From positions 1-35,738 of the IMG/VR virus record IMGVR_UViG_3300044855_000299: a stretch of 35,738 bases of DNA. One strand, 5' to 3'. The position numbers and the translations under genes are program-made. This DNA is from a virus. Its lineage: Duplodnaviria; Caudoviricetes. Positions 29,117 to 35,308 of the stretch are shown in pieces. The notes beneath the pieces are model-generated. The model did no database searches. It saw only the letters and a program-made list of their open reading frames with translations, and was not told the origin of the DNA. Numbering within the stretch: position 1 is the first letter of the stretch; the number at the start of each line of letters is the position of its first letter.

Positions 29117-29665
29117 ATGAATATATTCTATCTAAGCAGTAACCCCGAAACCTGCGCTCAATATCATGTAGATAAACATGTAGTCAAAATGATACTAGAG
29201 TATGCCCAACTGCTATCAACAACTCATAGAGTCATAGACGGAACACAAGCCGAAACCAAATCAGACAAAGGCAGAAAGAAAACAGTTTACACTCTACCTG
29301 ACCAAAGAGACCAAACTTTATATCAAGCCACTCACATTAATCATCCAAGTGCTAAATGGACTAGACACTCAATACACAATTACAATTGGTTATATCAAAT
29401 GTGGTTAGCTCTAATGGAAGAGTACACACACAGATATGAAAAGATTCATACATGCGAAAAGCTAAAACTAGCCTTGGCTAATCCTCCATCAAATATTCCA
29501 AGTAACCCATTCTCAGCCCCTTGGAGAGCAATGCCAGAGGAATTTAAAATATCTCGCACAGTGCAAGATTATACAATCCACTCATATCGAGCATATTACA
29601 ACGGAGCTAAATCTAAAATGTTTAGCTGGAAGAATAGACCTAAACCTGAATGGGTAAGTCTATAA
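29117..29665 (+). CDS. pyrimidine-dimer DNA glycosylase (DenV-like) family protein
   Basis: MNIFYL..NP..CAQYH.DKHVVKMILEYAQLLST, TH.NHPS..W, Y..RY.K.H; extended -10 TGATATACT at 29096-29104. Confidence 0.85.
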   Translation: MNIFYLSSNPETCAQYHVDKHVVKMILEYAQLLSTTHRVIDGTQAETKSDKGRKKTVYTLPDQRDQTLYQATHINHPSAKWTRHSIHNYNWLYQMWLALMEEYTHRYEKIHTCEKLKLALANPPSNIPSNPFSAPWRAMPEEFKISRTVQDYTIHSYRAYYNGAKSKMFSWKNRPKPEWVSL

Positions 29666-29693
29666 GATTCTACGGAGCGAATAGTTCTTATTT

Positions 29694-29701
29694 AATAAAT
29701 A
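29694..29701 (+). promoter_or_regulatory. late promoter variant AATAAATA
   Basis: 6 nt before the ATG at 29708. Confidence 0.55.
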
Positions 29702-29707
29702 AGAGCT

Positions 29708-30193
29708 ATGTTAACTTTTCTTCAATATCTAAATCTCCTTGAATCGGACTCTCCTTTAGTTCTCTATCACGGAGGGAAAAGATACGTATCAAAACCAAAT
29801 TTAAAACTCACCCAGCAGACAGACAGGGGAGTGTACGGCAAAGGATTTTATACCACTACTAATCCTAAGCACGCATCAATGTACGGTTCCAAGATTAGCC
29901 AGTACGAAGTTTCACCAGAAGCAAAAGTTTTAAAATCTACATTCGACCCCAAAGAAGCTGAACCATCACAGGTAAACGATGTACTATCTCACCATCAAAA
30001 ATCAAATCCAAAAGCTTCACAATCTGACCTAGACCAGATACGAACAAATCACTCTGATTGGAACAAAGCCCTAAATGATTACGCTGACCATCACAAGTTT
30101 GATATGGTGCATCTCTCACAAGCTCACTATGAACCAGAGATAGTTGTTAAAAATCCAAAAGCAGTGCGCTATCTCGGTAAACATAAAGCATAG
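29708..30193 (+). CDS. ADP-ribosyltransferase-like protein (H-Y-E type), probably virion-packaged
   Basis: LYHG, YGKGFYTT.....A..YG, EPEIVV; N-terminal MLTFLQYLNLLE resembles a capsid-targeting leader. Confidence 0.65.
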   Translation: MLTFLQYLNLLESDSPLVLYHGGKRYVSKPNLKLTQQTDRGVYGKGFYTTTNPKHASMYGSKISQYEVSPEAKVLKSTFDPKEAEPSQVNDVLSHHQKSNPKASQSDLDQIRTNHSDWNKALNDYADHHKFDMVHLSQAHYEPEIVVKNPKAVRYLGKHKA

Positions 30194-30237
30194 TCTATTG
30201 TATAATTACCGGATCCACCGATCCCATATAGTCTCAT

Positions 30238-30431
30238 ATCTCGCCTTGGCGATCTTTTCACTCTCTCCCTATAAGATTATATGGCCGCTAATAGCTCATA
30301 GTGGACATTAGCTCATAAATATAACGATTCCCATTTTCGCCACCTCGCACTAGCGAATACTGCGAATAAATCAAATAAAATCAAATGCTAATCTCGCCTT
30401 GGCGAAACTATTGCATTTTGTCGCCTTGGCG
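30238..30431 (+). repeat. three inverted-orientation CGCCTTGGCG cores (30242, 30395, 30422)
   Basis: Reverse complement of the array core; 30400-30415 TGGCGAAACTATTGCA is a GG-N10-GC box on +. Confidence 0.85.
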
Positions 30432-30606
30432 CATTTCTAGTCAAATTTGAAAAAGTCGAACCCAAAGGGTGCGCCAAGGCGAGATTTGAATCCCCCAGTG
30501 TCAGAATATTCGATTTACGCGCCAATGCGAGATTCTCGTAGGCAATTTTCGCAAAGTTTGACGTTTTCTATGTTATGTCAATCAAAGATTTTCGTAGCTG
30601 ATGATG

Positions 30607-30836
30607 CGCCAAGGCGATTAGTGCAAGAACCTCGCCAAGGCGATTAGTGCAAGAACCTCGCCAAGGCGATTAGTGCAAGAACCTCGCCAAGGCGATTAGT
30701 GCAAGAACCTCGCCAAGGCGACCAGTGCAAGAGTCGCGCCAAGGCGACAGGATGCAAGAACCTCGCCAAGGCGACCAGTGCAAGAGTCGCGCCAAGGCGA
30801 CAGGATGCAAGAGTCGCGCCAAGGCGACCAGTGCAA
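30607..30836 (-). repeat. tandem array of 26-27-bp units, each a sigma54 -24/-12-like box on the minus strand
   Basis: CGCCAAGGCG cores at 30607, 30633, 30659, 30685, 30711, 30737, 30764, 30790, 30817; minus strand reads TTGGCGAGGTTCTTGCA or TTGGCGCGACTCTTGCA (8 complete boxes). Confidence 0.93.
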
Positions 30837-30933
30837 TTATCCAATGGTATTTTGACAATAGAAGTGCTTTTTTCCTACCCTACAAGGAAGCAATTTGATC
30901 AATTAAGTTAGACTACAGGAGAAGATTCTATGT

Positions 30934-31209
30934 TTAATCTTCAGCATAGGGAGATATATCCTTATTACATACTACACAGAATAGATTGTCGGGATCATAA
31001 TTGGATGATGAATCAATCCATATCTCACCATCTAAGAAGTCTGCATCTTCCCATATTTGATCGAATTGACCTCTCGCACAGCATCCACAGAATGTATCGC
31101 AATCGGGAGATGTAAATACTATCAATTGTGATTGTGTCGAGACTGCAAGATTGGTAAATTCGTGCTTTTCTGTTAGCTTCTTACCTGTAGTATGGTTAGA
31201 GTATTTCAT
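30934..31209 (-). CDS. small Cys-rich (CxxC...CxxC) hypothetical protein
   Basis: CGCC and CVVC; AAGGTG SD; downstream of repeat promoter copy A. Confidence 0.75.
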   Translation of the reverse strand: MKYSNHTTGKKLTEKHEFTNLAVSTQSQLIVFTSPDCDTFCGCCARGQFDQIWEDADFLDGEIWIDSSSNYDPDNLFCVVCNKDISPYAED

Positions 31210-31249
31210 TATTGCACCTTATAGTTCGACTGTTACCATCTATAGTAAT

Positions 31250-31276
31250 ATATCGGCAGACTTCAAACAATCTTTA
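31250..31276 (-). promoter_or_regulatory. sigma28-type promoter, copy A
   Basis: TAAA-gattgtttgaagtct(15)-GCCGATAT. Confidence 0.8.
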
Positions 31277-31355
31277 GAGAAGTGTGAATGTTTTTTATGC
31301 GGTCTGGTGTTTGCTTAAGAGAATAATCCTTGCAAATAGCAAGAATCATTCAATT

Positions 31356-31371
31356 AGCAATAATTATGCCA
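31356..31371 (-). promoter_or_regulatory. sigma54-type promoter TGGCATAATTATTGCT
   Basis: TGGCA(T)-N5-TTGCT with exact GG-N10-GC spacing. Confidence 0.7.
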
Positions 31372-31444
31372 AGGGATTTCGGCGCAGGTGCGCCGTCCGT
31401 CCCGCCCCCGTTAGGGCTCCCACTGCCTTGTGCCTACATATAAT

Positions 31445-31471
31445 ATATCGGCAGACTTCAAACAATCTTTA
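31445..31471 (-). promoter_or_regulatory. sigma28-type promoter, copy B
   Basis: TAAA-N15-GCCGATAT, just downstream of a terminator. Confidence 0.75.
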
Positions 31472-31480
31472 ATGTTTTTT

Positions 31481-31509
31481 AAAAAAAAATGCCACCCCGA
31501 AAGGTGGCA
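31481..31509 (-). terminator. intrinsic terminator with UUCG loop
   Basis: Minus strand TGCCACCT-TTCG-GGGTGGCA followed by T9. Confidence 0.9.
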
Positions 31510-31533
31510 CCAAAAAACGTGGAGGGTCGTTTT

Positions 31534-31689
31534 TTATGCGATGATAAAATCCCGTAAGATACTGAAAACTATTTGACCTTTAGTGTTTATATAATGAATC
31601 CAAGTATTTGTATTATTCTGATAAAGAGGACCGTGAAAAGATTCTAGGGCATCTATAATCTTTACTATCTCAGCAAGTGTGGTTTTCAT
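31534..31689 (-). CDS. small hypothetical protein, 51 aa (not in ORF track)
   Basis: TAAGGA SD, MKTTLAEIVKIIDALESFHGPLYQ...DFIIA*, followed by the terminator. Confidence 0.7.
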   Translation of the reverse strand: MKTTLAEIVKIIDALESFHGPLYQNNTNTWIHYINTKGQIVFSILRDFIIA

Positions 31690-31710
31690 GGGTTTCCTTA
31701 TTTTTGAAAT

Positions 31711-32043
31711 CTAATTAAGTACTGATTCAACTAATTGTCTTCCAGCTTCTTTGAATATGCACGTTCCAGATGAAAGACTCCAACCTTCTCCTGCTTTTTT
31801 GAGAAGGTCTATATCAGCTAAATCTTTCTGTGATGTAATGAGAGCATCCCAATATGAAAGATGTATAGAATTAAAGTGTTCGCATTTGTGGTAGCCTATT
31901 ACTAATGCCTCGATTCCAAATGTATTTTCTACAGCCTGTCTAATTTGATCATTTACGAATTGTGAATAATATTGACGGTGAATTGTGAATCCATCACTCT
32001 TATCGTCTCTAGGTGCATTTAGATAATCCTGCCTCGTAATCAT
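31711..32043 (-). CDS. conserved hypothetical phage early protein
   Basis: HRQYYSQFV, HFN.I.L..WD, SLS...C..KEA.RQ; start reassigned to the ATG after the GGAGG SD. Confidence 0.8.
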   Translation of the reverse strand: MITRQDYLNAPRDDKSDGFTIHRQYYSQFVNDQIRQAVENTFGIEALVIGYHKCEHFNSIHLSYWDALITSQKDLADIDLLKKAGEGWSLSSGTCIFKEAGRQLVESVLN

Positions 32044-32075
32044 TGTATCCTCCATCATCTACCATCTATAGTAAT

Positions 32076-32102
32076 ATATCGCCAGACTTCAAACAATCTT
32101 TA
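32076..32102 (-). promoter_or_regulatory. sigma28-type promoter, copy C
   Basis: TAAA-N15-GGCGATAT plus shared leader. Confidence 0.7.
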
Positions 32103-32125
32103 GAAAAAAATATAACTTTTTAATT

Positions 32126-32413
32126 TTATAATCTGAGAGTTTTGAGATATTCAGCTGCTCTATCAAATCCAATAGGCGACGAGTTTCGCACGTGCGACCA
32201 ATCGAAGTTTAGAACTTTAGCCGACTCCAAATCCATTTCTCCCAATCCATTGCACAGAAGGTAAGCTTGCGTATATTGCTCATCAGTTAAGAATGCATAT
32301 TCGGTTCCTTGATACTTAAGAAAACCAAGTACTAGACTTACATTATCCCAATTATACAGGCGACCATCTCTCTTTTCTGCTTCATCTATTAATTCTTTTT
32401 GAATATCAAACAT
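32126..32413 (-). CDS. hypothetical protein
   Basis: GAGGTG SD; DWSHVRNSS motif. Confidence 0.75.
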   Translation of the reverse strand: MFDIQKELIDEAEKRDGRLYNWDNVSLVLGFLKYQGTEYAFLTDEQYTQAYLLCNGLGEMDLESAKVLNFDWSHVRNSSPIGFDRAAEYLKTLRL

Positions 32414-32420
32414 GACACCT

Positions 32421-32612
32421 CTAATAGTTTTCTCTTACTATTGTTTCACTACTAACTACAGTTCCGTATTGGACAATCAGCTCTATTTCAAATTTACCCT
32501 TTAGTGCGTTTACTTTTCGGCAATATTCGGTAGCTCTCCTCTTTGAATGAAAAACTCCAACACTCTCTACTCCGTTGTTATCTTTAATTTTAATTGTGAA
32601 TTTTCTTTTCAT
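32421..32612 (-). CDS. small basic hypothetical protein
   Basis: GAGGGAG SD; downstream of copy D. Confidence 0.7.
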   Translation of the reverse strand: MKRKFTIKIKDNNGVESVGVFHSKRRATEYCRKVNALKGKFEIELIVQYGTVVSSETIVRENY

Positions 32613-32642
32613 GACTCCCTCTCATCTATCTTCTAATATAGT

Positions 32643-32669
32643 ATATCGTCAGACTTCAAACAAACTTTA
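32643..32669 (-). promoter_or_regulatory. sigma28-type promoter, copy D
   Basis: TAAAGTTT-N11-GACGATAT (full extended FliA -35); overlaps the upstream gene's TAA stop. Confidence 0.75.
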
Positions 32670-32936
32670 GAAATTATTTGATTGTGCTAATCCGTCAATG
32701 ACACCTTTTACATAAGCTAAGGTGCAATAACTATTACTTTCCTGTTCCCATGAGTTATGAGGAATAGGGTAAAATATAAATTCGCTCCCGTGTCTTCTTG
32801 CTTCACCTTCACGCAATCCCCATCGGTAGACTGCTTCATTCTGTGGGATATTAAGAGATCTAACTTCATTACGAATTTGTGTATAAGTGCCACCTTGCCA
32901 TTGGAGCGCCTCTAAAACTCGTTGTAGCGTGTTCAT
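32667..32936 (-). CDS. hypothetical protein
   Basis: AL.WQGGT..Q motif; start reassigned to the ATG after GGAGG. Confidence 0.75.
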   Translation of the reverse strand: MNTLQRVLEALQWQGGTYTQIRNEVRSLNIPQNEAVYRWGLREGEARRHGSEFIFYPIPHNSWEQESNSYCTLAYVKGVIDGLAQSNNF

Positions 32937-32968
32937 TGTGTCCTCCATCATCTACCATCTATAGTACT

Positions 32969-32995
32969 ATATCGTCAGACTTCAAACAAGCTTAA
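32969..32995 (-). promoter_or_regulatory. sigma28-type promoter, copy E
   Basis: TTAA-N15-GACGATAT plus shared leader. Confidence 0.65.
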
Positions 32996-33073
32996 TAATA
33001 ATTTTGTAAAAAAATTCAGGTTTAAATTTTGCTGAGTGGTTCAGAATGTGCAAGTAGCAAGAATCATTCAATT

Positions 33074-33089
33074 AGCAATAATTATGCCA
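33074..33089 (-). promoter_or_regulatory. sigma54-type promoter TGGCATAATTATTGCT
   Basis: Identical to 31356-31371. Confidence 0.7.
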
Positions 33090-33162
33090 AGGGATTTCGG
33101 CGCAGGTGCGCCGTCCGTCCCGCCCCCGTTAGGGCTCCCACTGCCTTGTGCCTACATATATT

Positions 33163-33189
33163 CTATCGTCAGACTTCAAACAATCTTTA
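33163..33189 (-). promoter_or_regulatory. sigma28-type promoter, copy F
   Basis: TAAA-N15-GACGATAG. Confidence 0.65.
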
Positions 33190-33253
33190 ATGTTTTTGAA
33201 AATATTTTATTGGGTAATGTTCGAGATATTTTTGGGTTCACTACTCTATATGA

Positions 33254-34087
33254 ATGATAGCACTAGGTCAGATCTATAATGAGAATTGCTTGGACACTCT
33301 AAAATGTGTCCCTGCTAATTTCATTGATCTGATAATCACAAGTCCACCCTACGATAATTTACGAACATATAACGGGTATTCATTCGAATTTGAAAAGATC
33401 GCACCTGAACTCTTTAGGGCTCTTAAGCCTGGTGGCGTAGTGGTGTGGGTCGTCGGAGATTCCACCAAGGACGGCTCAGAGTCGGGAACTTCTTTCCGGC
33501 AAGCACTCCACTTTAAAGATATTGGCTTTAATCTCCACGATACGATGATCTACATGAAGGATAATCCACCACCAACTGGCGGTCCGACTCGTTACTATCA
33601 ATCATTTGAGTATTGTTTTATACTTAGCAAGGGTACTCCGAAAACGTTTAATCCGATAGTTGAGCCAAGACGCAATAAACACAACGATAAGCGCACAGTC
33701 AGAACTCGCGCCATTACTCGCAATCGTGCTGGAACATTTACACAGAAGGAGATTCCCATAAACACCGGAAACGTAAAGTTGCAAAATGTATGGAATTATA
33801 CGGTAGGTGGTGGGAGCGTCGCATCTGATATGATCGCTCATGAGCATCCGGCAATCTTTCCGGAAGCCTTAGTCAGAGATCACATCGTGAGCTGGTCTAA
33901 TGAAGGGGATGTTATATATGATCCTTTCATGGGAAGCGGCACAGTGGCCATCGTCGCAATTAGCTTAAACCGGCAATACTTTGGTTCTGAGATCAGTACT
34001 GAGTATGTGGAGATTGCTCAAAGGAGAATCTCCAACCATCGACAATCATTAGAGACTTTCAATATAATTGATCACATCTTGCGGTAA
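33254..34087 (+). CDS. orphan DNA N4-cytosine/N6-adenine methyltransferase (beta class)
   Basis: ITSPPY (motif IV) precedes HPAIFP and DPFMGSGT (motif I). Confidence 0.93.
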   Translation: MIALGQIYNENCLDTLKCVPANFIDLIITSPPYDNLRTYNGYSFEFEKIAPELFRALKPGGVVVWVVGDSTKDGSESGTSFRQALHFKDIGFNLHDTMIYMKDNPPPTGGPTRYYQSFEYCFILSKGTPKTFNPIVEPRRNKHNDKRTVRTRAITRNRAGTFTQKEIPINTGNVKLQNVWNYTVGGGSVASDMIAHEHPAIFPEALVRDHIVSWSNEGDVIYDPFMGSGTVAIVAISLNRQYFGSEISTEYVEIAQRRISNHRQSLETFNIIDHILR

Positions 34088-34465
34088 CTCCTCAGTAAGC
34101 CATGCGCTCCCGTATCGGTAGCCGTTATCATCTAATAAATTCACCGATTTGAGAAAATCACAAGCTTGGTCATACCAATTCAACCGACTAAAAGAATCCT
34201 TAACTTCTCTTAGTGCTTGTTCCTGAGCAAGTGTCCCTGCTCTCATATCATTTAAGTGCCATCTTTCCCATATATCTACAAGCTTACTTGGTATTAAGTC
34301 TTTTGCTTCCTCGCGACACTGGCCAGCTGAGATTAAGTTTTTTTCACTTTTAAGCAGTTTCTTTCCCGTATAAACAGTCCCAGTAATACTTAGTCGGCCA
34401 TTTTCTAATCGAATTTCAATATCTGCTGATTTAGTTTCATTAGAAAAGTGTAGATTCTTTTTCAT
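34049..34465 (-). CDS. conserved hypothetical phage protein
   Basis: SAGQC, IW.RWHLNDM.AG...Q, Y.YGSAWL.EELP; start reassigned to the ATG after GGAG. Confidence 0.8.
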   Translation of the reverse strand: MKKNLHFSNETKSADIEIRLENGRLSITGTVYTGKKLLKSEKNLISAGQCREEAKDLIPSKLVDIWERWHLNDMRAGTLAQEQALREVKDSFSRLNWYDQACDFLKSVNLLDDNGYRYGSAWLTEELPQDVINYIESL

Positions 34466-34497
34466 TTTGCTCTCCATCATCTACCATCTATAGTAAC

Positions 34498-34524
34498 ATA
34501 TCGGCAGACTTCAAACAATCTTTA
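34498..34524 (-). promoter_or_regulatory. sigma28-type promoter, copy G
   Basis: TAAA-N15-GCCGATAT plus shared leader. Confidence 0.8.
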
Positions 34525-34548
34525 GAGAATATTTGTGCAGACACAATT

Positions 34549-34577
34549 TCAGTTGTTAAGTAATCCTTAACAACTGA
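34549..34577. repeat. perfect 12-bp inverted repeat with 5-nt spacer
   Basis: TCAGTTGTTAAG-taatc-CTTAACAACTGA. Confidence 0.85.
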
Positions 34578-34799
34578 CCAAATTCAGCAGCCGATGGTAC
34601 ATTTACCTACAAGATTTCCTGATTAACAAAATACGGATAACGTCAAATTAAATGGAAATGTGGCGTAATTTAGATAGCTTAGAGTTTGGGCTGTTCTAGT
34701 GTTTTTCTATATGGAGATATGGATTTGATCTAAGGAATTTGCGTATAAGTTGCAAGTGGGAATGTTTGATTATGCGGCGATTATTTTATTATTTAAGGT

Positions 34800-35180
34800 A
34801 TGAATAATAAATCTTTTATAACTGGCTCTCACGCATACGGCATTCCAACTGAGGACTCTGACATAGACATAGCAGTCTGCCTTACAAGAGATGAAATTGT
34901 TAAACTTTGGCAAATGTCAGATTCTAAAAGCAAATTAATGTTTGGGAAGATAAATCTAGTTTGCTTTAATTTCGATGACGAAGAAGACATGCAAAGATTT
35001 GAAAAATGGAAAACTACAAATGACTCCTTAGTCGCCAAGCGCCCAGTAACAAAAGAGGAAGCAATACAAGCTTTCCGAGAATCCGGAGCGGAATATAACT
35101 ACAAAAGAGTAGAATTGTCAGGACCGACAATAGCTGATGCTATGAAGACAGATTTAAGAGCCTTATCCGAAAATGAGTAA
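34800..35180 (+). CDS. minimal nucleotidyltransferase-like protein
   Basis: TGSHAYG..TEDSDIDI (GS...DxD) pol-beta superfamily motif. Confidence 0.65.
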   Translation: MNNKSFITGSHAYGIPTEDSDIDIAVCLTRDEIVKLWQMSDSKSKLMFGKINLVCFNFDDEEDMQRFEKWKTTNDSLVAKRPVTKEEAIQAFRESGAEYNYKRVELSGPTIADAMKTDLRALSENE

Positions 35181-35308
35181 TTATGGGCTGGGGATATTGT
35201 GGCATAAACAAACGCACAGGGCAGGAAATGGGATATAATGCTCAAAAATAATCGACATTTTGTAGAATCAAAAAATGTAAATGTTTGCTTACTTATAAGA
35301 AATTACCC

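Larger units (their letters stand above)
31331..31479 (-). repeat. 149-bp duplicated regulatory cassette, copy 1
   Basis: Matches 33049-33197 with 4 mismatches by eye. Confidence 0.92.
33049..33197 (-). repeat. 149-bp duplicated regulatory cassette, copy 2
   Basis: Matches 31331-31479. Confidence 0.92.

Noticed and set aside
30607-30836. CRISPR array
   Set aside because: Units are contiguous 26-27-bp repeats whose linkers recur; there are no unique spacers and no cas genes
30447-30911. ORF-track entries 30447, 30644, 30670, 30699
   Set aside because: Translations of the tandem repeat in several frames; no SD and repetitive products
31367-31436. tRNA or c-di-GMP-I riboswitch
   Set aside because: No TTCG T-loop or anticodon arm; lacks the GNRA loop and GACGCAAA-type core
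31284-33257. Similar + strand ORFs 31284-31472 and 33036-33257
   Set aside because: The peptide similarity comes only from the duplicated cassette; GTG starts without SD, antisense to all local signals
34659-35218. Additional sigma54 boxes at ~34660 and ~35200
   Set aside because: TGGC is present but GC is not at the 10-nt spacing
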